Assembly: GCA_902763365.1 (NCBI GenBank)
Contig: CACWRT010000001.1
Coordinates: 20,943-84,942 of the forward strand
Reading direction: 5' to 3'
DNA: 64,000 nucleotides
Source: an uncultured Ruminococcus sp.
GTDB taxonomy: Bacteria > Bacillota > Clostridia > Oscillospirales > Acutalibacteraceae
Position numbers and translations under genes: made by a program. A model generated the notes under the pieces. It had not been told where the DNA came from, made no database searches, and worked only from the letters and a program-made list of their open reading frames with translations. Below, piece after piece: positions 1 through 7,674 of the stretch (positions within the stretch are counted from its first letter, which is position 1; the number at the start of each line of letters is the position of its first letter).

Positions 1-649
1 CAAACAGTCTTTTTACAAAATCGGGATGAGTACGTGAAATAATAGCTCTCGGACCTCTGTCTCCGGATTTTACGTTTACGACATAGACTTTTATAGGCTC
101 GCCAACTTTAAGTACCTCACCGGCAACCTGATCATTTTTCGGAAGTATAGCAATAGCCTTGCCGAGTTTGAGAGTAGCATTGCCTGTATTCGGATCAACC
201 TGTTCGACGGTTGCGGTAACAATATCCTGGAGCTTGCTCTGATATTCTGAGAGAGCCTGTTCTTTTTCGCCGTCACGAATACCCTGACGTATCATATTTC
301 TTGCGGTCATAACAGCAATTCTGCCGAAATTCTTAGGATTAAGGCGAATACCTACTTTGTCGCCGATAGCGGCAGTTGGATTAATATTTCTTGCAGCCGA
401 GAGAGTGATCTCACGGTTGATATCGTTAACTTCTTCAACAACAGTTTTGTTAAGGCTTGCCTCAAGCTGACCTGTTGTTTTGTTGTACTGAACGGTTACA
501 TCGTCATTTCCGCCGTAAGAGTTTTTGCAGGCAGTTATAATAGCCTTATTGATCTGTTCGAGCATAAAATTTGCGGGAATGCCCTTTTCCTTTTCAATAA
601 GCATCAATGCTTCAAACAAATTCTCCTCTGGTTCTTTGTTTTTTTTCAT
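1..649 (-). CDS. nusA: Transcription termination/antitermination factor NusA, N-terminal part (gene runs off the window start)
   Basis: Reverse-strand translation from ATG 647-649 gives MKKNKEPEENLFEALMLIEKEKGIP...GRIAVMTARNMIRQGIRDGEKE...VGEPIKVYVVNV (NusA N-terminal and S1-like region). GGAGG lies upstream. It follows rimP as in the conserved rimP-nusA operon. It is absent from the ORF track because there is no stop in the window. Confidence 0.9.
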   Translation of the reverse strand, partial: MKKNKEPEENLFEALMLIEKEKGIPANFMLEQINKAIITACKNSYGGNDDVTVQYNKTTGQLEASLNKTVVEEVNDINREITLSAARNINPTAAIGDKVGIRLNPKNFGRIAVMTARNMIRQGIRDGEKEQALSEYQSKLQDIVTATVEQVDPNTGNATLKLGKAIAILPKNDQVAGEVLKVGEPIKVYVVNVKSGDRGPRAIISRTHPDFVKRLF

Positions 650-705
650 TTCTTTAACCTCCGTTTTAGTTGTCGGATTAGTTTACAGTTTTATGATAAT
701 AACTA

Positions 706-1191
706 TTAACTATAAATATTAAAGTCGTTAAGCTTGATATAGACGGTATCTTTTTTTGTTATATTAAATTCTCTTCCGTCATCGGCTACGACTTCTACAC
801 TGTCCTTATCGTGGGAGATAAGGGTTCCTGTCAGTTCTTTAGTTCCGTCCTCAAGGGGCTTGTGCATTTTTATCATTACAGGAGCGCCGAGGAACTGTTC
901 AAAATGTTCATCACGCAGCAGTTCCCTTTCGATTCCCGGAGAAGACACCTCAAGTGTATAGCTTCCGTCGATAGGGTCAAGCTCATCCAGGGGTGCGTCA
1001 ACAGCCCTTGTGACATTTTCGCAGTCTTCGATAGTAACGCCTTCGGGCTTATCAATAAAGATCCTGAGATACCACAATGCGCCTTCCTTAACATATCGGA
1101 CATCCCACAGCTGCAGTCCCAGACCGTTTACGATAGGTTCTACGAGAGCCGATACTTCAGCGACAGTATTGCCGCCTTTCTTTTTTGCCAT
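706..1191 (-). CDS. rimP: Ribosome maturation factor RimP
   Basis: The internal start MAKKKGGNTVAEVSALVEPIVNGLGLQLWDV...LEVSSPGIEREL is typical RimP. GGAGGA lies 6 nt upstream of ATG 1189-1191. The longer track ORF (to 1362) has no SD. Confidence 0.9.
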   Translation of the reverse strand: MAKKKGGNTVAEVSALVEPIVNGLGLQLWDVRYVKEGALWYLRIFIDKPEGVTIEDCENVTRAVDAPLDELDPIDGSYTLEVSSPGIERELLRDEHFEQFLGAPVMIKMHKPLEDGTKELTGTLISHDKDSVEVVADDGREFNITKKDTVYIKLNDFNIYS

Positions 1192-1212
1192 ATCTAATCC
1201 TCCAGCAAACTT

Positions 1213-1250
1213 ATAATAATGAATAATTAATAATGAATAATGAATAATTA
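1213..1250. repeat. Heptanucleotide tandem repeat (TGAATAA/TTAATAA, 5 units; TTATTCA on the rimP sense strand)
   Basis: Read directly: ataataa tgaataa ttaataa tgaataa tgaataa. It abuts the rimP SD. Confidence 0.9.
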
Positions 1251-1455
1251 TTGTCAGCGGCTGCTTGCAACAAAAAGCGGCACCGACTTCTCGTCGGCGC
1301 CCACTCAACATAACCTCCATAATCATCTCTAATATTCTATCATACAAGTATTGATTTTGCAAGTGTTTTTCGGCTTTTTTTATTGAAAACCGGAGATGTT
1401 ATTTTTGAGTTGACTGTTTTGCTTGTATTTATTTCTATGCAAAAATCTCATACAG

Positions 1456-1713
1456 TCAAAAAGTTTCCTTGAATTCAAGCAGTCTGTTTGGTTCTACGGA
1501 GAGTGCGTCGGAAATGTCAAAAAGCAGTTCAAGAGAGATCGTTTTTACTATATTCGGGGCTTCGATCGCACTAAGATAAGAGCGGCTTATTCCGGTTTTT
1601 TCCGCAAGCTCTTCCTGACTCAGCCCCCTGAGCTTTCTGTAATATGATATATTCAGTCCGATCTGTATATACTTGCTTGTGTTTTTATATGAAATGGGTT
1701 TAGCTCTTGACAT
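1456..1713 (-). CDS. XRE-family helix-turn-helix transcriptional regulator
   Basis: GLNISYYRKLRGLSQEELAEKTGISRSYLSAIE is a classic HTH_3/XRE motif. I prefer the start at 1713 (GGTGA, 5-nt spacer). ATGs at 1719 and 1725 are also possible. Confidence 0.8.
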   Translation of the reverse strand: MSRAKPISYKNTSKYIQIGLNISYYRKLRGLSQEELAEKTGISRSYLSAIEAPNIVKTISLELLFDISDALSVEPNRLLEFKETF

Positions 1714-1931
1714 TTTCATCACCATAAATAGCATATACCATTTATAAAATAATATAAATAATTTAATAACTAACTTTTGCATTTTATTAAAAAGCATACT
1801 ATAATATATTCATAAAAAATAATCTTCGATACATGACGATTCATTATTTTTCGAAGGCTTGAAGATAATAGTCAGTCAAGGACACCCTGATTCCAATATT
1901 CCGCCGCCTTGTTACATAATAATCAATAATT

Positions 1932-2171
1932 TTATTTTTCTATCAGATCATCTATATTAACATTCAACACCTTAGCCAAAGCGTATAATTCAATATCCGT
2001 GACAGTTCTTGATTTATCCTCTATTCTTGAAACAGAACCTCTGCAAACATATACTCCCATCAGTTCAAGCTTGTCAGAAAGCTTTTGTTGACTCATTTTT
2101 TGCATAATACGATACTTCCTCACATTATCACCAACAATATTCATTTTATTTCCGTCAATTATCCTCGACAT
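1932..2171 (-). CDS. XRE-family helix-turn-helix transcriptional regulator (79 aa)
   Basis: VGDNVRKYRIMQKMSQQKLSDKLELMGVYVCRGSVSRIE is an HTH_3 motif. AAAGGTGG SD lies 7 nt upstream. Confidence 0.85.
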   Translation of the reverse strand: MSRIIDGNKMNIVGDNVRKYRIMQKMSQQKLSDKLELMGVYVCRGSVSRIEDKSRTVTDIELYALAKVLNVNIDDLIEK

Positions 2172-2190
2172 AATAATACCACCTTTTATA

Positions 2191-2264
2191 AAATTGTCTT
2201 GACATAGGACAATTTTTATGTTATCATTACATCAACAAATAGTTGTCCTGTTATAGGACAACTA
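2191..2264. promoter_or_regulatory. Two inverted-repeat operators sharing a TTGTC..GACAA core, overlapping a sigma-A-type promoter for the plus-strand lipoprotein gene
   Basis: IR1 is AAATTGTC (2191-2198) / GACAATTT (2208-2215). IR2 is TAGTTGTCCT (2240-2249) / AGGACAACTA (2255-2264). Both have perfect arms. TTGACA 2199-2204, a 17-nt spacer and TATCAT 2222-2227 lie between them. Confidence 0.65.
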
Positions 2265-2311
2265 CAATTATTATATCAAAATATCAAAGAATTATTTCAG
2301 GAGGGATTCAC

Positions 2312-2701
2312 TTGAAAAGAGTAATGGCAGTATTTAGGAAATCAATTATATTTATTATGGCTGCAATATTCACAACACTTGCTTTTGCGGGTTGTGAAAA
2401 AGAAGAACAGAGGAGCGTGGAATCTTCACAGGATATATCTGTTGCGGAATCAGTCCAAGAATCAGAAACTTCTGAAATATCATTACCGGAGTCATCAATT
2501 CAAGAATCATCAACTCAAAAATCAATCATCGAAGTAAGCAGGGAGGAAAGCGAAGAGAGTTCGGAAAACAATTCTGAGGAAGAATCTCAGATAAGTCAAG
2601 CGGAATGGGAATTATTGACTACCGAAGAAGCGATGAAAAAACTCCCAATGTATGCAATTGATGATTGGAAAAAATTTGACAATGTTGAAAAAAAGATATA
2701 G
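2312..2701 (+). CDS. Ser/Glu-rich lipoprotein (N-terminal reading frame of a probably split gene)
   Basis: TTG 2312 lies 6 nt after AGGAGGG. The signal peptide plus lipobox is MKRVMAVFRKSIIFIMAAIFTTLAFAGC. The frame stops at 2699-2701 just after an A7 run. Confidence 0.7.
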   Translation: MKRVMAVFRKSIIFIMAAIFTTLAFAGCEKEEQRSVESSQDISVAESVQESETSEISLPESSIQESSTQKSIIEVSREESEESSENNSEEESQISQAEWELLTTEEAMKKLPMYAIDDWKKFDNVEKKI

Positions 2702-2892
2702 TCTTATATGGTAGGTTTATAAATGAAGATTTACCAATATCGATTAATGTCGGTGACATTGTTGGAATTATAGGAAGAGGAGATGAAGATGATATTGTAT
2801 TTATATATCTAGGTAAAGGTAAAGTATGGTCTTCACCGATAGAAAACTTTGAATATCTGAAGGAGTATGAAGGACCTATTGTTGAAAGGTGA
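2689..2892 (+). other. Out-of-frame continuation of the lipoprotein gene (protein-like frame without its own start)
   Basis: The frame opening at 2689 reads KKDIVLYGRFINEDLPISINVGDIVGIIGRGDEDDIVFIYLGKGKVWSSPIENFEYLKEYEGPIVER*. It has no start or SD. One extra A in the A7 run (2688-2694) would join it to the upstream ORF. Confidence 0.55.
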
Positions 2893-2904
2893 CCGTGTAA
2901 AAGG

Positions 2905-2933
2905 GGGCTGTCGCACTAAGAAAGCGGCAGCCC
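2905..2933 (+). terminator. GC-rich stem-loop (weak terminator candidate)
   Basis: GGGCTGTCGC ... GCGGCAGCCC with one G-T pair. There is no clear U-tract. Confidence 0.35.
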
Positions 2934-2998
2934 TAAAATATTGTAAAAAAATAACAGCCGGACTATGAAAAATCCGACTGTTGGTGTAAAATAGAAGT

Positions 2999-3342
2999 AT
3001 GGTCAAACACAACTATTTACAAAAAGATTATACACCAAACGGAGTAGAAAAGCAACTGAAAATTCCGTTTGAAATAGAATTGAAATAGAATTAAAAATAG
3101 ATAGAAGTGATCCGGTCATGTTGCTGAGTCAGTATGTGGAGGAAATGGATTTAACTGACTTGTATTCCACTTATGAAAGAATAAGGGAAAATCAGGTAAC
3201 ACCGAGACAGCTTTTAAAGATATTGCTATACGGATATATGAATCGAGAGTATTCAAGCAGAGCAATAGAAACAAGATGTAAACGAGACATCAATTTCATG
3301 TATCTGCTGGAGGACAATCCTGCACCGGATCATTCTACAATA
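2999..3342 (+). pseudogene. IS1182-family transposase remnant (N-terminal ~110 codons only, frame broken)
   Basis: MVKHNYLQKDYTPNGVEKQLKIPFEIELK* is followed in another frame by IDRSDPVMLLSQYVEEMDL...PRQLLKILLYGYMNREYSSRAIETRCKRDINFMYLLEDNPAPDHSTI. This is the typical IS1182/DUF772 N-terminus. It is interrupted by a tandem 11-bp duplication (3071-3081, 3082-3092), and similarity ends after DHSTI. Confidence 0.75.
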
Positions 3343-3371
3343 GTAAGATATAACACAAATATTTGCATTAT

Positions 3372-3395
3372 AAAAAAGCACCCGTTTCCGAGTGC
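3372..3395 (-). terminator. Rho-independent terminator candidate for the 76-aa gene
   Basis: On the minus strand: GCACTCGGAAACGGGTGC stem-loop followed by TTTTTT. Confidence 0.5.
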
Positions 3396-3498
3396 CTTAA
3401 TTCATTCTTTGTCTTTCCTGTTAATAAAGTTATTATGTTTTTTATCAAAGGTACATATACTATAACCCGAAACTGTATGATAAGCACATAGCAAACAA

Positions 3499-3729
3499 TC
3501 AACAAAATCCGGATAGCTTTATATGCTTTTCAGCAGCAGCAGATTCCCATGCACTTTTTTCAAGCGGAATCAGTTCAGGATCTGCTGCAAAGCTCCAAGC
3601 TCCCCTTAAAGATTTGTTCTTTGTACTATTTGATTGTTCATGAAAGATTTTTAAAACTGACATGACTGCATTGAACGCTTCATCATTCAGTTCATCTATC
3701 CATGTGTGAGCAAGTTCTCTTGTTGTCAT
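3499..3729 (-). CDS. Hypothetical small protein (76 aa)
   Basis: The ORF is intact, AGGGAGGGA lies 9 nt upstream of the ATG, and a terminator lies downstream. I recognise no family. Confidence 0.5.
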   Translation of the reverse strand: MTTRELAHTWIDELNDEAFNAVMSVLKIFHEQSNSTKNKSLRGAWSFAADPELIPLEKSAWESAAAEKHIKLSGFC

Positions 3730-3777
3730 TGAAATCCCTCCCGAATCATTTCTGTAATTATTTTATTTGAGACTAAA

Positions 3778-5139
3778 CTATAAAAGCATCTTCGTGCTTT
3801 CAGCGCTGTCGAGGGTTTCGACCTGGCTTAATTTGCGGTTGATCTGCCTTGTGCGGACTCCTACAAGCTTTTCAAGATCGTCCTGCGCAGCGACAAGACG
3901 TTTCTGAGTTTTCTCAAGGGCATCGCTGAATGTGTTGAATTCCGTTTTGACAGCTCCGAGTATTTTCCAGACTTCTCCGCTGCGCTTTTGTATCGCAAGG
4001 GTGCGGAATCCCATTTGCAGGGAGTTGAGCATTGCCGCCATTGTTGACGGACCGGCAATATTGACCTGATACTCACGCTGCAATTCTGTGACAAGATCGC
4101 TGTTTACGACCTCGGCATACAGACCCTCAAAGGGCAGGAACATTATGCCGAATTGGGTCGTGTATGGCGGATATATGTATTTTTCCTTTATATCCTTTGC
4201 ATTTTTCTTTACAGCGGCAAAAAGCTCTTTCTTCACCGAGGCTATCCTATCCTTGTCGCCGCTTTCATAGGCTGACTGTAAGCGGGTATATATATCTCCG
4301 TTGAATTTTGAGTCTATCGGCAGATAAACTGTGCTGCCCTCTTCCGCCCCCGGCAGCTTAACAGCAAATTCTACTCTGTTGCTGCTGCCCTTGACCGTGG
4401 CCACATTTTCTTCATACTGTTCCGGCGCAAGTATCTGCTCAAGAATCGAACCTAACTGTATCTCTCCGAGTATTCCTCTGGTTTTTACGTTGGAAAGGAC
4501 GTTTTTAAGATCACCTACACCCTGTGCGATCGTCTGCATCTCTCCAAGTCCCTTATAGACCTGCTCGAGCCGTTCGCTTACAAGCTTGAATGAATCCGTG
4601 ATCTTTTTGTCAAGGGTTTCCTGAAGCTTTTCATCTACCGTTCCTCGTATTTTTTCAAGCTGTCTGTTGTTGTCATCAGCCAGCTTGCTTAGCTGCCGCT
4701 CATTGGTTTCATTCATGCTTTTCAGCTGCATCGTCAGTGATGAGCGTATTTCAGAAAGCTTCCGGTCGGTCGTTGTTTCAAGTGTTCTCAGACGCTCTTC
4801 AAACTGCTTCATTCTTGCAGCTTCTGTTTTGTTCATGCTGTCAAGCTGCGCAGTAACCGAGCCGTTCATGGCTTCTATTTTTGTGTCCATAGAATCTCTC
4901 AGGTTTTCTCCGAGAGTTCCTATGTTTGAATTTACGGTATTGTTGATCTCCTGCCGCAGACTACTCTGACTTTGTGACTGCTCCTGCTGTATGCGTGACA
5001 GCTGACCTTCAAGCAGCTTTATCTGCGTTTTAAGCTCACTGCTCTTATCTTCGCCGCCGCTCTTTTTTCTGAGTATAAAAATATCCGCACCCACAAGAAA
5101 AACAATAATAATGAGCAGTATTATTTCAACAATATCCAT
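3778..5139 (-). CDS. rmuC: DNA recombination protein RmuC
   Basis: It has an N-terminal TM helix, a long Q/E-rich coiled coil, and a C-terminal RmuC-type region (GEIQLGSILEQILAPEQY...FGIMFLPFEGLYAE...NIAGPSTMAAMLNSLQMGF). Confidence 0.85.
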   Translation of the reverse strand: MDIVEIILLIIIVFLVGADIFILRKKSGGEDKSSELKTQIKLLEGQLSRIQQEQSQSQSSLRQEINNTVNSNIGTLGENLRDSMDTKIEAMNGSVTAQLDSMNKTEAARMKQFEERLRTLETTTDRKLSEIRSSLTMQLKSMNETNERQLSKLADDNNRQLEKIRGTVDEKLQETLDKKITDSFKLVSERLEQVYKGLGEMQTIAQGVGDLKNVLSNVKTRGILGEIQLGSILEQILAPEQYEENVATVKGSSNRVEFAVKLPGAEEGSTVYLPIDSKFNGDIYTRLQSAYESGDKDRIASVKKELFAAVKKNAKDIKEKYIYPPYTTQFGIMFLPFEGLYAEVVNSDLVTELQREYQVNIAGPSTMAAMLNSLQMGFRTLAIQKRSGEVWKILGAVKTEFNTFSDALEKTQKRLVAAQDDLEKLVGVRTRQINRKLSQVETLDSAESTKMLL

Positions 5140-5260
5140 CTGAACCTTGCCCCTTTAAACACTTTTGGCTGTGATCTGTCATTCCTTAGAAAGTGAAAAA
5201 TCATTTTTCCGTCAGAAAAACGAACAGCCCGCCCTGCAAAGCTGATTCCACTTTCCACAT

Positions 5261-6430
5261 TCAATAAAGTACAACGGTGTCGCCGCTGAGGTAGCAGCTG
5301 CATTCGTACTCTTCGTACATACGTGTTTCACTGTCATAAATAGCGCACATAGGAGCGGAATTTACGTTTTTCGGAGATTTTCTTGTTACTACATATCTGT
5401 TGTCAATGCAGGTTACAAAACGTCCGACAGAGGACTTGTATCTTATGTCAGCCTGACTGTTAACAAGCCCCTTGACGGAAACAGTCATCTTATCGTCCTC
5501 AACTGCAAAAAGCGAGAACGGACGTTCCTCGAGTATATAGAAAATTCTGCTACCCTCGGAAACTGACAGATCTGCTTCTATTTTGAGCGCACCTGTGAAA
5601 ACATTGTAGCTGCATATTTTTTCCTGACCCGTGCGGAATTCCTTTGCACGGAAATACATTTTTTCGTCATCCGTACCCATATATCTTGCAAGCGCTTTGA
5701 TATCCGCACTGGCTATACATTTTTTCGTGATATTCTCGCCGTCGCTTTCAAGTTCGGAAATAAGCTCGCTAAGATTGCAAAGCCATATATTATCTCTTAT
5801 ATCAACATTGATCCATCTCTGCTCTTCATAATAACCGCGCTTTATATCCTCATCGGCAAAGGGATCAAGCAGTATTGCATATTTTATTCCCTGAACAGTC
5901 ATAAGCTTGATATTTGCAGTTCCCAGACGGGCAATAAGCTGATTCTTAACGAAATGCTTGACATTAGTCTGAAGATCGTAAAGATAGCACAGACATTCAC
6001 AGCCCGTAATACTGCGGTACTGCTCAAACATCTCTTTGTTGGCTTCATCGGGACCCATATATATAAGCATATGACTTTCGTCAAGCGCAAGACAGCTGCG
6101 GAAAGCGCCTGTGCATACTATCTTTCTTCTGTTCAGCTCCGTGCCGTCCTTTTTGGAAAGCTCAATAAGCCAAAGACTGTTTTTGCCGTTTTCCAGAACC
6201 AGAAGTATATTTTCTTCAAAAGCAAAAATATGCTCCACAAATGTGGGATCTTCAAGAGTATAGTTGGTTATGAGCCTTTCGCGCTTTGTTTTGCGGTCGT
6301 ATTCCAGTATATACAGTTCATTTTTTCCGTTATCGTTTTTTTCCTCCGAATAGTATATAAAGGATTTGTCAGTGTGAAATATCTCGATATTTCTTTCGTT
6401 GAAAACGTTCCTGATATCAACAACAGTCAT
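5261..6430 (-). CDS. Hypothetical protein (389 aa)
   Basis: Long ORF with normal composition and a beta-rich repetitive pattern. I recognise no motif. Confidence 0.6.
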   Translation of the reverse strand: MTVVDIRNVFNERNIEIFHTDKSFIYYSEEKNDNGKNELYILEYDRKTKRERLITNYTLEDPTFVEHIFAFEENILLVLENGKNSLWLIELSKKDGTELNRRKIVCTGAFRSCLALDESHMLIYMGPDEANKEMFEQYRSITGCECLCYLYDLQTNVKHFVKNQLIARLGTANIKLMTVQGIKYAILLDPFADEDIKRGYYEEQRWINVDIRDNIWLCNLSELISELESDGENITKKCIASADIKALARYMGTDDEKMYFRAKEFRTGQEKICSYNVFTGALKIEADLSVSEGSRIFYILEERPFSLFAVEDDKMTVSVKGLVNSQADIRYKSSVGRFVTCIDNRYVVTRKSPKNVNSAPMCAIYDSETRMYEEYECSCYLSGDTVVLY

Positions 6431-6483
6431 AATTATCCTGCCTTTCTGAAAAATGATCTTTATCTGTTTTATGTCTTTGCTGA

Positions 6484-6592
6484 CGGCGAGCCTGCCGGAC
6501 CCTGAATGTGGGGGAACGCTGCGCTTCGCATCCGCTCTGTCTGAACCGCCCGTGGTTAATTGTCTGCGTAACAGGCTATTCTGAGCAGCTCT
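6484..6592 (-). repeat. Intergenic repeat module A (inverted copy)
   Basis: The reverse complement reads gagctgctcagaatagcctgttacgcag...gttcagacagagcggatgcgaagcgcagcg...cagggtccggcaggctcgccg. It aligns with 12591-12705 and 20745-20861. Confidence 0.8.
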
Positions 6593-6760
6593 GACCTTGG
6601 TTTTATCATATTACCACATGGAATTATTATTGCCAATTAAAAATATATACTTTTGCCGACCCCAGGCGCTGAGGCAGCAAAATGAAAATATTCGGCTTTG
6701 TTTTTGTATGGAAGTTTAAGTAAATTATATGTTATCTTATGATTTTTGTCAATGATAGCA

Positions 6761-6818
6761 ATGGATTTTAAAAAAATTCTTAAAATCCATTGTATATTCC
6801 GTCAAATTCGTATATAAT
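6761..6818 (+). promoter_or_regulatory. Perfect 10-bp inverted repeat abutting a sigma-A-type promoter
   Basis: ATGGATTTTA (6761-6770) / TAAAATCCAT (6781-6790). TTGTAT 6790-6795, a 17-nt spacer, then TATAAT 6813-6818, upstream of the 6890 gene. Confidence 0.6.
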
Positions 6819-6889
6819 AGTAAATGATTATCCGACTAAAGGAAAACAGTCGGCATATTTGTATCCGCTTTATACGATAAGGAGGGATA

Positions 6890-7561
6890 ATGGTGGATAA
6901 GTACAAACTGACGCTCAGCGCACTTAAAACGCTTCTGACTGAAATAGAGAAGACAGAGTATGTGCCTGTCGTTGATGAGTGCATTGAGAAGTGGGAAACC
7001 GAAAAAGATCTTGATATGATACGCCGTGAATTTGAAAAGAACGGACGTTTCGCAGATTTTTCTATCAGCAGCAAGACTGCCCGTACGCCTGAGATAGGAT
7101 TCTGGTCGGCACAGGTTTTTACTGCGCTTTTAGCGCTTAATGCACAACTTGCGGATTTCCGCAGGAAGGGTCTCAGGGATGATATGGAGTATATCCGGAA
7201 GAATTTCGGAGCAGCAAATGAGGTCTTCTATGCAGGAAGGTGTAAGCTTTGCGGTCATGTTGCCGCAACGGCAAGCGATGTTGATAAATACGTTTCAAGG
7301 ATCGTTGTTGCAAAAAGGCTTGTCAGCGGACTTGAAAACGGCGATCTTGAAAAAGAAGTAAAGTCGCTTGCTGATCTGAGCTGCCCCGATATCGAAAGGG
7401 AAAGGAAAAAAACTGTACTGCGGCTTGATAACAGCGGTATTCCGCACAATAATAAGTACGGAAAGATAGAGGTCTGCCCAAAATGCGGAAAAGGCGATAT
7501 AACGGAAGCAAGACTTCTTAAAAGCCTGAGAGAGAATATTTTTATTCCGCTCACTAAATAG
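6890..7561 (+). CDS. Hypothetical protein with split CxxC...CPxC zinc-ribbon-like cysteines (223 aa)
   Basis: A GGAGGG SD is present. Cysteines occur in GRCKLCGH and VCPKCGKG. I recognise no family. Confidence 0.65.
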   Translation: MVDKYKLTLSALKTLLTEIEKTEYVPVVDECIEKWETEKDLDMIRREFEKNGRFADFSISSKTARTPEIGFWSAQVFTALLALNAQLADFRRKGLRDDMEYIRKNFGAANEVFYAGRCKLCGHVAATASDVDKYVSRIVVAKRLVSGLENGDLEKEVKSLADLSCPDIERERKKTVLRLDNSGIPHNNKYGKIEVCPKCGKGDITEARLLKSLRENIFIPLTK

Positions 7562-7674
7562 TATACCCGGTTCCGGCTCAAAGCAAACAGCTTTTCAGCT
7601 GAAACTTGACGATCTTTATTTTCTTGCTTTATGATCGAAAATAAGAAAAATGAATATGGAAGGAGGAAATAATT

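Noticed and set aside
3118-3465. The 115-aa ORF as an intact small transposase or DUF772 protein.
   Set aside because: It is the middle of a broken IS1182-type gene. The real N-terminus lies upstream in another frame (2999-3087), and the C-terminal 35 residues are read-through into unrelated DNA.
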